From NCBI GenBank assembly GCA_965215515.1, contig OZ244057.1, positions 1,696,001-1,760,000 of the forward strand: 64,000 bases of DNA, given 5' to 3'. How positions within the stretch are numbered: position 1 is the stretch's first letter; every line of letters begins with the position of its first letter. The translations under genes were made by a program, and so were the position numbers. A model generated the notes under the pieces. The model worked only from the letters and a program-made list of their open reading frames with translations. It was not told where the DNA came from and ran no database searches. Shown here in pieces: positions 1 to 10,009 of the stretch. This stretch comes from Oligoflexales bacterium (GTDB lineage Bacteria; Bdellovibrionota_B; Oligoflexia; Oligoflexales; JAPPIL01).

Positions 1-299
1 ACCGTGTCCCCCACCTTGACGGACACCCCCCCTTGCGCATCCCTAAACTCATGCGCAGGAATCTCTCCATCACACTTATGCCCAATATCCACCACGACCA
101 CGTCATCGGCAATGCTGACCACACCGCCCTGCACAATCGTACCCTCCCTGATGCGTAACCCGCTGCCCTCCTCAGCTGCCAGCATCTGGGCGAAAGCGCT
201 GCTACCCTGCTCCTGCTGCCGCGCCTTGTCAGCTTCGCCGCCGTCCTCGTCCTCCCAGTGAATACCTTCTGCAGCTACCCCCACCTCCGCACTCCGCAT
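1..299 (-). CDS. rpsA: 30S ribosomal protein S1, N-terminal part (runs off the window edge)
   Basis: Manual translation from ATG at 299: MRSAEVGV...LRIREGTIVQGGVVSIADDVVVVDIGHKCDGEIPAHEFRDAQGGVSVKVGDT, matching the first S1 domain of RpsA. Not in the ORF track because it is truncated. Confidence 0.9.
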   Translation of the reverse strand, partial: MRSAEVGVAAEGIHWEDEDGGEADKARQQEQGSSAFAQMLAAEEGSGLRIREGTIVQGGVVSIADDVVVVDIGHKCDGEIPAHEFRDAQGGVSVKVGDT

Positions 300-457
300 T
301 ACAAAGACCACCCCGACCGTAAAAATAATAAAGAGACACCCACACCCGACAGGAGCACCACCTGTAGCACACGTCGCCACCACCTGTCTAGAGTAATGTT
401 ACCATTTCGACACGAGGTGAACGTGCAGTGTTTCTGCAACGCCTAACTCCGCGCCCG

Positions 458-1693
458 CTACCTGGCGTTGCTCAACGGCAGCGACCCCAGCGACTCCCCC
501 ACTAACTCGGCAATCGCCAGACTCTGGTGGCAATTCAAGCGCGGATCGCAAGCAGTGCGATAAGCACGAGTGAGATCCGCCGCAGACATGTCGTCGTCCA
601 AGCATTCGGTAACCGCCGCGTCGCTCAACTCAAGATGCACCCCGCCTAACCTACTGCCGTGCTCGCGGTGTAACGCAAAACTGTGCCGTATTTCCGCCGC
701 AATATGCTGGCAGTGACGCGTCTTCACCCCCTGTGCAGTATGAAAAGTATTGCCGTGCATAGGATCTACCGTCCAGATAACTCTACACGCGGCACGTTGC
801 AGCGCCGCGATAAAACGAGGCAACAGTGTTTGCACCTGCGCACAGCCAAAACGAGCGATGAGTACAATGCGATCACCCGTGTTAGCAGGGTCAAGCAGAC
901 GCACAATCTCCACAATCTCCTGCGGCTCGGCACTAGCACCGACCTTAATGCCGATGGCATTGCTGATGCCGCGCAGATACTCGACGTGCGCATGCCCGAG
1001 ACGAGCAGTACGATTACCCACCCACAACAGATGAGCACCGTGATTGTACCAGCGTGTACCGTGCGCCGCAGTCAGAGCCTGCTCATACGCGAGCAACAGC
1101 CCCTCGTGAGAAGTAAACACGTCCTCCGCCGCGGACGACCGTAACGCACGCATATGTCGAAGCGTCGTCGCCGCACAACGATAACCACGGCTAAGACGCT
1201 GCGGATCTGGCTCACGCTGGACTGGGTCGGGGGTAAAGGAATTGACATTATCACCCCGAAACGTGTGCACACGTTGCCCCGCAACGGTTTCAAAAGCATG
1301 CGTGCGTGGTTTGGCATACTGCCCCGCCATCCGTGCAATATGCAACACCCGCACGGCGCGGGAGGAACGGATACGGTGCGCCATCCGCTGCATGAGCTGT
1401 AGACGCGCCGCGACCCGCGGCCGCGTGCTGTCGGCAAAACGTTCCGCACAATCACCGCCCTGCAGAATAAACGCCCGCCCCGCAAACACTTGCCGCAATT
1501 CCTCTCGCAAACGCATAACTTCCGCAAAAGACAGCAACGCGGGGGAATGCTGCAGCTCCCGCAAAACCGCGGCAAGCTGCCCCCTATCCCTATACGGAGG
1601 TTGTTGTTCAGCTCGATACCGTCGCCACGAATCGCGGCGCCAAACCGCGGTACTGTCGTTGTCGGCGGCGTGCCGACAGGGTAACGTTAACAT
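458..1693 (-). CDS. 3-deoxy-7-phosphoheptulonate (DAHP) synthase, class II, short form
   Basis: Class II motifs LQGGDCAE, RMAGQYAKPR, RGDNVN, TSHEGLLL, LWVGNRT, DPMHGNT, GGVHLE, CDPRLN. Confidence 0.93.
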   Translation of the reverse strand: MLTLPCRHAADNDSTAVWRRDSWRRYRAEQQPPYRDRGQLAAVLRELQHSPALLSFAEVMRLREELRQVFAGRAFILQGGDCAERFADSTRPRVAARLQLMQRMAHRIRSSRAVRVLHIARMAGQYAKPRTHAFETVAGQRVHTFRGDNVNSFTPDPVQREPDPQRLSRGYRCAATTLRHMRALRSSAAEDVFTSHEGLLLAYEQALTAAHGTRWYNHGAHLLWVGNRTARLGHAHVEYLRGISNAIGIKVGASAEPQEIVEIVRLLDPANTGDRIVLIARFGCAQVQTLLPRFIAALQRAACRVIWTVDPMHGNTFHTAQGVKTRHCQHIAAEIRHSFALHREHGSRLGGVHLELSDAAVTECLDDDMSAADLTRAYRTACDPRLNCHQSLAIAELVGESLGSLPLSNAR

Positions 1694-1760
1694 TCGTTAC
1701 TGTCTCCTCGCTGCACACTGTGCTATCATTTTTAACGAGGGTTGAGAAGTAGTTGCCACT

Positions 1761-2540
1761 ATGACGAACACCGTGCTCTTCCACTACACCTGCCACGTAA
1801 GTCTGTTCCTGTTCGCCCTAGCCGCAGTGCTAGAACTAGCGGTCTGGCAGACCACCGTGCGCCGAGAGCTATGCCAGCGGTTCGCCCTGTACGCCTTTGG
1901 AGGAGGAACGGCGGCCATCAGTGCCGCCACGTTGTTACACACACCGCACAGTGCCCTGTTGTTGACCGCCGCAGTCGCCTGGATAGGGGTTGGTGCGGCT
2001 TTCTGGCTGCACGCAAGAGCGATCATCGCTTTCCTCGCACCGCTAGCAACCCTCATCCTGCTGTTGCAACTGCTACTCAATACAGGAGGATTGGCCACAG
2101 CAACGACGCATAGCGCGATGCTCAACCTGCACATCTGGCTCGCTATCTGTGGGGAAGCGTTCGCCATCGGAGGATGTGCACTGGCAATGCTATACCTGTG
2201 GCAACGCCATATCCTGAAGAAAAAACTACTCAGATGGATCGGTATCGAGATGCCCGCCCTCGATCACCTCGGGCGTTTGCTGCTCCTCTGTCTGTGGACG
2301 GGGTTTGTCTTTCTCACCGTTGCTCTTTTGACAGGTACGGTGTACAGTCAGCTGCATCCTCACGCCCTGACCGAAAGCATGGAGTTGAAGGTAACCTGGG
2401 CACTGGCGGTGTGGGGTTGGTATCTCGCTATTCTCATCGTCAACAAAGTACTCGCCCACTCGCTACGGCGGGTAGCACGGATGAGTTTAGGTGGATTTGT
2501 ACTGCTAGCACTGGCGTTTTTCGGCCTGCTCAGGCAGTAA
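1761..2540 (+). CDS. CcsA/HemX-family cytochrome c assembly membrane protein
   Basis: Multi-pass membrane protein with LHI...G, LYLWQ..LKKK, LD.L and K...A..VW.WY patterns; directly upstream of hemA. Confidence 0.8.
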   Translation: MTNTVLFHYTCHVSLFLFALAAVLELAVWQTTVRRELCQRFALYAFGGGTAAISAATLLHTPHSALLLTAAVAWIGVGAAFWLHARAIIAFLAPLATLILLLQLLLNTGGLATATTHSAMLNLHIWLAICGEAFAIGGCALAMLYLWQRHILKKKLLRWIGIEMPALDHLGRLLLLCLWTGFVFLTVALLTGTVYSQLHPHALTESMELKVTWALAVWGWYLAILIVNKVLAHSLRRVARMSLGGFVLLALAFFGLLRQ

Positions 2541-2546
2541 AGGACG

Positions 2547-3833
2547 GTGATGGCACGGCAAGACAGCGAAATCTTTTGCGTCGGAGTAAGCCACAAAACA
2601 GCAAGTCTGGAGTTGCGCGAACAACTGCACCTAGCCGATACCAATATCACCGAGCTTATCGCCACAGTCAGGGACACTTTCGCCCTGCGTGAATTAGTTA
2701 TCCTCTCGACCTGCAACCGCTGTGAACTGTACGGCGTAGGCACGTGCGACTACACCGCACTCTTCGCCGCCGTGCACGACAAACTCACGCCGCAAGTTGC
2801 GACGTGGAGCGACAACCTCTACATCTTGCGGCAGCAGCAAGCAGTAGCACACATCTTGGCGGTGGTGGCAGGTATCGACTCGTTGATTCTCGGCGAAACG
2901 CAAATCACAGGGCAGTTCAAGCGTGCCTTCGCATTGGCGAGCGAAGCACAGACCTGCGGTGCGGTGATGCAGCAGATTCTGCAAACTTCCCTCGCTACCG
3001 CTAAAAAGATCCGTACGCAAACTGCCATCGGAAAACGCACCGTGTCGATAAGTCATGCCGCAATTATGCTCGCCCAAAAAATTTTTACCGATATCGCCGC
3101 GGCGCACGTCCTGATCATGGGAGCGGGAGAGATGGCAAGCATCGCCGCCCGCCATGCCATCAAACAGGGAGTCTCGTCGTTGGTAATCGCCAACCGTACC
3201 CGCGCCCGCGCCGTCGAGCTGTGTGCACAGTTGCACCCCCAGGCGGTGGCTAGCGATTTGACCACCCTGCCCACACATTTGGCCTGGGCGGATATCGTCA
3301 TTACCGCCACGAACAGCGGTGAGTTCATCATCTCGCCTGCACATATCGAGCAGGCACAGCACCAGCGACGCGGCAAAGCGATGACTTTGATCGATATTTC
3401 CCTGCCACGCAACATCGACCCACGCAGTCAGGCGATGGAAAACGTGTACCTGTTTGATCTCGACGATCTCCGCCAGATCACCGACCAAAACATGCAGGCA
3501 CGTCGCCGTGCCGCGGCACAGGCGGAGGAACACGTAGCACGCGGTGTCGCCGCCCTACACAAAACTTTCATCGCGCGGGAGGTAGGCATGGCAGTGGCTG
3601 GATTCAAAGATTTTTTGCGCCATGTCGCACAAACCCAGACCGACCAGACGTTAGCGAAGTCGCTTTATGGCACACTGACAACACAGCAAAAAGACGGTAT
3701 TCAGCAGTTGACTGACATTATCGTCAACAAAATCGTCGGGCAGGTTAGTTTGCGTTTGAAGGATGCCTCGCAGCGAGAAGAGCATGTGCTCACCGCCTTC
3801 CGCGCTCTCTATCGACCGCGCGATAACCTCTGA
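2547..3833 (+). CDS. hemA: glutamyl-tRNA reductase
   Basis: GVSHKTA, LSTCNRCELY, GIDSLILGETQITGQ, GAGEM, ANRT, DISLPRNID. Confidence 0.97.
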   Translation: MMARQDSEIFCVGVSHKTASLELREQLHLADTNITELIATVRDTFALRELVILSTCNRCELYGVGTCDYTALFAAVHDKLTPQVATWSDNLYILRQQQAVAHILAVVAGIDSLILGETQITGQFKRAFALASEAQTCGAVMQQILQTSLATAKKIRTQTAIGKRTVSISHAAIMLAQKIFTDIAAAHVLIMGAGEMASIAARHAIKQGVSSLVIANRTRARAVELCAQLHPQAVASDLTTLPTHLAWADIVITATNSGEFIISPAHIEQAQHQRRGKAMTLIDISLPRNIDPRSQAMENVYLFDLDDLRQITDQNMQARRRAAAQAEEHVARGVAALHKTFIAREVGMAVAGFKDFLRHVAQTQTDQTLAKSLYGTLTTQQKDGIQQLTDIIVNKIVGQVSLRLKDASQREEHVLTAFRALYRPRDNL

Positions 3834-4792
3834 TGCCCTTGCTAACCGTTGCCACTCGCGGTAGCAAACTCGCCCTGTGGCAAGCGCAACACGTGTTAAA
3901 CCTGCTGCCGCGAGTCGGTCTGCGGGGAAAATTGCAGATAATTACCACCCGCGGCGACCACCTCAAAGACACACCCCTGTACGACTTCGGCGGCAAGGGC
4001 CTATTCGCCCAAGAAATAGAGTCCGCCCTTCAACACCAGCAGGTCGATATCGCCGTGCACAGCATGAAGGACATGCCTGTGCAGACGACGCACTCGCAAC
4101 TAACCTTCGTCTGCATGCTCGCCCGTGCCAGTGCCTGCGATGTGTTAATCGCGGCACCGCAACACCGTGCTCTGCTAGGCGAGGTACACGGGGAAAAACC
4201 ACTGGTCGCAGCTGATTTGCGGCGTTGGTGTGGCCTAACGATTGCCACGGGCAGTTTGCGACGGCGTTATTTGTTGGAGCAAGCGGAGGCAGAGCTTACG
4301 GTGCAAGCATTACGTGGCAACGTGACGACACGTCTCCAGTATTTACACGCAGGACGATACGACGCTCTGATACTGGCACAAGCCGCGGTGCAGAGACTAG
4401 ACTGGCAGGACTTGCCACATCGAGTACTCGATCCGACTTGGTACGTGCCGAGTTGCGCACAGGGAGTGATCGGGGTGCAGAGTCGGGTCGATTGTAAGTA
4501 TAACGAGGCCTTGCGGCAGCTAGAATGCATACCGACACGACAAGCTGTGCTGCTGGAGCGAGCGGTCACCAAAGCCTTGGGCGGTAGCTGTGCCCTGCCC
4601 TTCGGCTGCTACGTGCGTTCTGACCGTGCTACGTACGTAGTCGATGCCGTCGTTCTCTCGCCGCGCGGTAAGCAGGCACGTGCTGCTTGCCGCATAGCAC
4701 AGGACACTGCCCCCGTAGAAGTAGTGGCGGAGGTGGTGCAGAGATTGCGTGACGATGGTTTAGAGACCGTGCTGCATGAACTGGCTTTGTGA
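3833..4792 (+). CDS. hemC: hydroxymethylbilane synthase (porphobilinogen deaminase)
   Basis: TRGSKLALWQA, GGKGLF, AVHSMKD, GSLRR, LRGNV.TRL, GGSC..P. Confidence 0.97.
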   Translation: MPLLTVATRGSKLALWQAQHVLNLLPRVGLRGKLQIITTRGDHLKDTPLYDFGGKGLFAQEIESALQHQQVDIAVHSMKDMPVQTTHSQLTFVCMLARASACDVLIAAPQHRALLGEVHGEKPLVAADLRRWCGLTIATGSLRRRYLLEQAEAELTVQALRGNVTTRLQYLHAGRYDALILAQAAVQRLDWQDLPHRVLDPTWYVPSCAQGVIGVQSRVDCKYNEALRQLECIPTRQAVLLERAVTKALGGSCALPFGCYVRSDRATYVVDAVVLSPRGKQARAACRIAQDTAPVEVVAEVVQRLRDDGLETVLHELAL

Positions 4793-4808
4793 AAAAAAGG
4801 CGACAAAT

Positions 4809-5753
4809 TCAATTATACGAGACCGAAGGACGCAGCAGTGTGCCTCTGACTTGCAGCGGAATGTTGCCGTCGCTAGTGCCTTTCAACATGGCATCGATTA
4901 AAAATCCAAACTGTTCTTTCAATGCACCCTTGATCTGCAAAGGGATAGAAAGATTCATCGCCGAGCTCAATAACGGAGTTTTTAAATTCAAATCACCACT
5001 GACCCGCACACTGATGTCTTGAGAAGAAAATTCTGAACCCTCCTGAATCTTTAAACTGCCATCGCTCATACTAGCCTTAACCAAGGCCTTTTCAAATATC
5101 TGATCGTCAATGGTAAAGTCGGGTGCATCCATCGCTAAGACGAGCTTGTCGATGCTAATGTTGAGATTACCATCCGATACCGTCGGGTCTTCCAAATCGA
5201 GATCAAGAGCGATCTCAGCATTGAGACTGCCCTGCACTACCATCTGCTCCAACAAAGGCACAATCAAGGGATTGGTCGAAGAATTGCCCGCATAGGAACT
5301 TAACGCATACGCGGTCAAGTCATGCAACCCATAGTTGTCAATCTTGACAGTAATCTGCTCGGGCAAAGGTGGCTTGCCACCAGTAGCATTGGCTATGAGC
5401 GAGAATAACCCAAAACCAGCCGCCACCTCCAGCGGGTTCTGCTGTGCATCCTGCACCTCAAACACACAACGCAAACGTCCGATGAAAAGATACAAAGTGC
5501 TCAGCGATACTTTGACGGCAGCAAACTTAACCTCCTTACCCGCGGGAGTTTTCAAACTGACACCCCGCGCCTTCATACCCAACAACAACGAAGGTGACAT
5601 GTCGTAAACAGAAATATTGAGACCTGTAGCCTTGTTGAGCTTCATGACAAGACTTTCCTTGAGGATGTTAAACGGAAAAGTCAGATAAACAAAAAACAAA
5701 AAACTAACCACAAATAAAACAACATAACCAACATACTGCAACGGCTTGTTCAT
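4809..5753 (-). CDS. gspN: type II secretion system protein GspN-like
   Basis: N-terminal TM ending F.YLTFPF, beta-rich body, C-terminal GTL.RP; last gene of the gsp operon. Start taken at MNKPLQY. Confidence 0.75.
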   Translation of the reverse strand: MNKPLQYVGYVVLFVVSFLFFVYLTFPFNILKESLVMKLNKATGLNISVYDMSPSLLLGMKARGVSLKTPAGKEVKFAAVKVSLSTLYLFIGRLRCVFEVQDAQQNPLEVAAGFGLFSLIANATGGKPPLPEQITVKIDNYGLHDLTAYALSSYAGNSSTNPLIVPLLEQMVVQGSLNAEIALDLDLEDPTVSDGNLNISIDKLVLAMDAPDFTIDDQIFEKALVKASMSDGSLKIQEGSEFSSQDISVRVSGDLNLKTPLLSSAMNLSIPLQIKGALKEQFGFLIDAMLKGTSDGNIPLQVRGTLLRPSVSYN

Positions 5754-5757
5754 CAGT

Positions 5758-6399
5758 CTACGCTCCCCTATACCAATTAATGACAGCAGAAGCGTCGAAA
5801 TACAACTTCGTGCCGTAAATGCCACGAATAGTTAAATCAGAGATGCGCAAAAATTTGCGTGCCTTCTCTACCTCTACCAAAAACTTTAACAACTTCGGTA
5901 TCGATACCCGCGGCAAACGTACCTCAATTTTGCGCTGCTCCAAAAATTTACTCATCGGATTATCAGAAGAGAAAGCATCATTCGCCTCATTCAGCCCCTC
6001 GATCTTAATCTTCAAACCTCGGGCAAATTTTTCCAGCAACGGTTTCATTTTCAACCCCTGCGTGCGCCGTGTTACGTCTTTGACAATGACATTGAACTTG
6101 TCATTGACGCGCCCGAAATCAGCCTTCTGCCCCTGTAAACTATGCAGAGCATCAAAGCTTTTGTTAAGCCGTGCCTCCAGTGCACCTATCTGTGCAATGT
6201 AAAAAAACACCGCAAAAGCTATAAAACAAACAATAGCCGCGACAATACCCGCGAGCACAAAATTTTTCTGGCGCGGCTCCATCTTATAGAAACTATCCAT
6301 GACAAAATCAAGTCGCTCATTGTTCGGCCCCAAAAAGCGATGCTTGACAAAAGTTAAACGTGCGTCAATTCTATCCATAACTGCACTGAACACTGCCAT
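5758..6399 (-). CDS. gspM: type II secretion system protein GspM-like
   Basis: TM segment, coiled coil and ferredoxin-like C-terminus (IEVRL..VSIPKLLKFL..VE); lies between gspL and gspN. Confidence 0.7.
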   Translation of the reverse strand: MAVFSAVMDRIDARLTFVKHRFLGPNNERLDFVMDSFYKMEPRQKNFVLAGIVAAIVCFIAFAVFFYIAQIGALEARLNKSFDALHSLQGQKADFGRVNDKFNVIVKDVTRRTQGLKMKPLLEKFARGLKIKIEGLNEANDAFSSDNPMSKFLEQRKIEVRLPRVSIPKLLKFLVEVEKARKFLRISDLTIRGIYGTKLYFDASAVINWYRGA

Positions 6400-6402
6400 C
6401 GT

Positions 6403-8052
6403 CTAACCCTCATAGTTTGCTTGAAAAGTAAACTCGATAATCTTGCCGTCCGTGCCTGGTTTGGCTTGCGAGCTCTTTTCCTTAACATCGGACAAGATTT
6501 GCACCTGCTTTAAGTTCTCCAGCGTCGTAGCCACAGCATCATAACCATTGGTTTCGCCTTTCAACATCAACCTCCCACCGCCACGATCGTTGGCATTAAA
6601 CTGATACAACGTGACATTCAATTCCAAATCCTTGGGCAGTTTTTCGCTTATCGCCTTCAATACCAACAACGAACCACTCATGGCATTAAGCTGCAAAAAA
6701 ATATCTGCCGATGCTGACATGCTTTGCAGCGAACCGCTGAATTTTTTTTTAGCATCACGCTGCAAGCGCTCAAAAGCCACGCTCTTGTTGCGGTACTTCT
6801 TCTTTAAGTCAGGAAAGGCGGTGACAAGCTCTTTCTGATAACGATCCTTAATACGGTCGATCTGCTGATTGTAGAAAAAATACTTCACCCCATAACTGGC
6901 ACACAAAACAACCAAAGCCAGTGCCATCACCTTGAAAATATTGCTGGTATACCTTAACACCGACTCGTAGTCCTGCACAAAAGCAAACTCCCCCCGACGC
7001 AAGTTGATCTGTGTATGCCGTTTTACGGCCGTCACCGCCCGCATCCCGATCGATACACTCTGCGGCATGATAACCATGTGATCGTGTAGATGCGGACTGA
7101 TCTTAAGCTCTGTCTCATCGAGACGATTCATCTTTACTTCAAGCTCAAGCTGATCTTCAAGATAACGATTGAGATGGCGAGTGCGACTCGTACCACCCGA
7201 CAAATAAATAGTACTGACAGGATCTTCACTCGACGTTTTGAAAGCATAAAGCGTGCGACCGAGCTCCTTCACCAAAGTGTTAGCCGCCAAAGTAATCCGC
7301 TCGGCAATGGCATAGTCATCCTCACTCAAATCCTTACCCTGATCATCCTCGCAAAAAACCTGACTGACACGATGCTTGAACATCTGCGCTTGATTGAAAT
7401 CAACCTCCATATCACGTGCCAAAAACTCGGTGATGTACTTACCACCAAGATTGATGGCACGAAACATACGCAGAATACCCTTGTTGACAATACATACGGA
7501 AGTTTTCTCATGCCCTATATCAACTATCGCGGTAACCTTTTCAGTGTTGCCACAGATATAAGGGGCAAGATTATAGAAAGATAAACTGTCGATATCGATA
7601 AGCTTGGGATCGATCTCCAAACGTTGTAAGTGTTCAAGAAAACTCTTGAGAAAAGTTTTGCGCGTCATCGCTACCAACGCAATCGTTTTGCCCCCCACCT
7701 CACCCAAAATCTGATGATCGATAATCATCTCATCGAGATTGAACGGCACGAGATCCTCGATCTCAGCATAGATTGCAGTCTCGATTTTTTTGATATCAGA
7801 AAAATTAAACGACAAAATCCGACTGGAAATATACTGCCCAGGCATGGCCGTAACGATACGATCGGCTTCGAGATTGTTCTCCTTGAACAACTGCTCCATA
7901 CTGGCGGGAATGACAGCATCAGGCGGTACTTCATCAATCTGCGGGATGACATTTTCATAAAAATTAGCAATCTCATACGATTTAAAGGTGTTGACAATCT
8001 CCACCGCCTTCGCCGAATAACTGCCGATATCAAGACCTATTACGCGTTGCAT
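6403..8052 (-). CDS. gspL: GspL with PilM-like actin-fold cytoplasmic domain and PilN-like periplasmic domain
   Basis: IGLDIGSYS.K, VDIGHEKT, LSGGTS, INLR, then TM and periplasmic domain. Confidence 0.85.
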   Translation of the reverse strand: MQRVIGLDIGSYSAKAVEIVNTFKSYEIANFYENVIPQIDEVPPDAVIPASMEQLFKENNLEADRIVTAMPGQYISSRILSFNFSDIKKIETAIYAEIEDLVPFNLDEMIIDHQILGEVGGKTIALVAMTRKTFLKSFLEHLQRLEIDPKLIDIDSLSFYNLAPYICGNTEKVTAIVDIGHEKTSVCIVNKGILRMFRAINLGGKYITEFLARDMEVDFNQAQMFKHRVSQVFCEDDQGKDLSEDDYAIAERITLAANTLVKELGRTLYAFKTSSEDPVSTIYLSGGTSRTRHLNRYLEDQLELEVKMNRLDETELKISPHLHDHMVIMPQSVSIGMRAVTAVKRHTQINLRRGEFAFVQDYESVLRYTSNIFKVMALALVVLCASYGVKYFFYNQQIDRIKDRYQKELVTAFPDLKKKYRNKSVAFERLQRDAKKKFSGSLQSMSASADIFLQLNAMSGSLLVLKAISEKLPKDLELNVTLYQFNANDRGGGRLMLKGETNGYDAVATTLENLKQVQILSDVKEKSSQAKPGTDGKIIEFTFQANYEG

Positions 8053-8059
8053 ACTTGCC

Positions 8060-9280
8060 TCACGACATTTGCCAAAATAACAATTGATAGGAAGAAGGCG
8101 TACGCCCTTTCTCCTTTACCATGCCTCGCTTGATGACCGCCTGCAAGTTCTTCTCCTGAAAACCAGCCCTCCCTTTAACCTCAATGCGGTACACAGGAGA
8201 ACTCTCCGCAAACCAATCAGCCTTGTCGATCGCCCCCGTGCCTCCCACCGTCTTGGGCAAACACAACACATCACGTGCGACCTGCGCAATACTCTCCCCC
8301 AGAGGGGCTTTGCGTGCCCGCGCCTTGGCCACCACCAAATCAAAAGTCTCGCCACACTGCGTGCGTGACTCTGGCACGAGACAAGCAAGCAACTCACGAG
8401 ATACCGTATTGATGTTGATGCGAGCACGATCACTGGCATCACTGCCCGTTTTCTTAAAAGGATAAACCGTCAAATACGGCGAAAATACCGCATGCAAATC
8501 ATCGTCCCAAGCATCGATGAGCTTAAGCTCAGCCAACGTATCGAACTGCGAATTTTTGGTCTTATAAGGCGGATCGAGACGCTGATAAGGATCGGACTCA
8601 TCACTCAAACCCGACTTGGGATCAGCACGGTTGTCACGATCTACCCAATCTTTGATCTTGGCAATCAATGCCTCGGCATTAACATTCTTGGTATCAAGAT
8701 ACGCCCTCTCAAGGGGACAATTGAACAACGCACTGAGCATAGCACGCATCTGCTTGCACTGTGTCGTCGCCCCACCCGCAGCACAGTAATTGATGTTGAT
8801 CTTCGCCGCCTCGTCGCTGATCTTAAGCGTAAATTCTCCCTGAAACAACCGCAACTGCGCCATAACATCGCGATCAGAAATGGCGTTGAGATTGAACATC
8901 TCCTGCATAGAAGCCATCATCTCCACCGTCTCCGCCCCGATAGGAACACCATTGACCATCGCCCAAATGTCGCCCAAACCATCCTGCGGAGGAGTCTTCA
9001 TCTGCGACTGCTTGAACAAATCAATCCCATAATCAATAGACAACAGAAACAAAGCCAGATTATACCCCGACTTGCCCAAATACTCGGCAACGATATTATC
9101 CCGTGCTGCGGAAACCAACTCCAAATTAACCTGCGCACTGACAATCATGTCAGCAGTGAAAACCATCATCAAAGAAATTATCATCACCGCCACAATGATA
9201 GCTACCCCACGGCGACGCTGGCGCACCGTCGGCATCGCCTTGTCCGCGGCGATGGGAAACCCCCAATATGTCCGCGGCAT
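8060..9280 (-). CDS. gspK: minor pseudopilin GspK
   Basis: RRRG|VAII prepilin-like N-terminus, DEAAKININ, DWVD.D, KN..F..L.EL..I, ININT. Start uncertain (9280 or 9235). Confidence 0.88.
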   Translation of the reverse strand: MPRTYWGFPIAADKAMPTVRQRRRGVAIIVAVMIISLMMVFTADMIVSAQVNLELVSAARDNIVAEYLGKSGYNLALFLLSIDYGIDLFKQSQMKTPPQDGLGDIWAMVNGVPIGAETVEMMASMQEMFNLNAISDRDVMAQLRLFQGEFTLKISDEAAKININYCAAGGATTQCKQMRAMLSALFNCPLERAYLDTKNVNAEALIAKIKDWVDRDNRADPKSGLSDESDPYQRLDPPYKTKNSQFDTLAELKLIDAWDDDLHAVFSPYLTVYPFKKTGSDASDRARININTVSRELLACLVPESRTQCGETFDLVVAKARARKAPLGESIAQVARDVLCLPKTVGGTGAIDKADWFAESSPVYRIEVKGRAGFQEKNLQAVIKRGMVKEKGRTPSSYQLLFWQMS

Positions 9281-9285
9281 ACGCC

Positions 9286-10008
9286 TCAATACCATCGTAA
9301 CGGCACTCCCCCGCTCTTCACCTGCGCAAAGTTAATAGCAAAATGATTGAACACCGCCGTCTTCAAACTAACAGTAGCGGCCTCCTCCCAGCGAGCACCG
9401 TCCTCCTCTAACGCAACCGACTCATAGGCCTCTAACTCAACACGCACCATGTGCGGCAACTTGTTGCGCTGCTCACCCCGATTGCTGTGCCAACGCTCCT
9501 CCAACCAACGCGCACCATTCCAAGGCACAATCTTCAGCGACTTGACCGCACGCGCCAACACTACCGTCTCCACCTCAGCCCGAAAACTCTCTGGCACACG
9601 TACCGTCTCCCCACGAAACAAGTGCGTCGGCTCCTGACCATCCTCGTCCTTGCGCACCTCATAAATAACATACGTCATGTTCGACTCCTTGCTGTGCACC
9701 TTCTTCGGACGATGCGTGCCCGTGGTTAAGAATAATCGATCGTTGCCAGCGTGTTTTTCAATTCTAAAAATTGCTTTTGTACGTCTGTCAAAATCTGTTC
9801 TGCTGACCATGAAGGCATGGGCAAGATCACGGGAAATTTTTTCCATCGCGACTTGCAAACGATGGTTGACGTTGCCCGCTGTGGACACGCCTTCCTTGAC
9901 TGCACTGGAATTTTTCAGCAGCATGGCAACCCCGCTCATCAGAGAGGCGAGAATCGCCAGCGAGAGAATAACCTCCAGCAGGGTAAAGGCACGGACGTGT
10001 GGTGACAT
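9286..10008 (-). CDS. gspJ: minor pseudopilin GspJ
   Basis: RA|FTLLEV N-methylation motif, ISRDL..AF, LP..V.VEL; operon position. Confidence 0.82.
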   Translation of the reverse strand: MSPHVRAFTLLEVILSLAILASLMSGVAMLLKNSSAVKEGVSTAGNVNHRLQVAMEKISRDLAHAFMVSRTDFDRRTKAIFRIEKHAGNDRLFLTTGTHRPKKVHSKESNMTYVIYEVRKDEDGQEPTHLFRGETVRVPESFRAEVETVVLARAVKSLKIVPWNGARWLEERWHSNRGEQRNKLPHMVRVELEAYESVALEEDGARWEEAATVSLKTAVFNHFAINFAQVKSGGVPLRWY

Positions 10009-10009
10009 G

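Noticed and set aside
1761..2540. Coexisting System II cytochrome c maturation
   Set aside because: No WWD motif or ResB partner seen; position before hemA fits the HemX-like subfamily.
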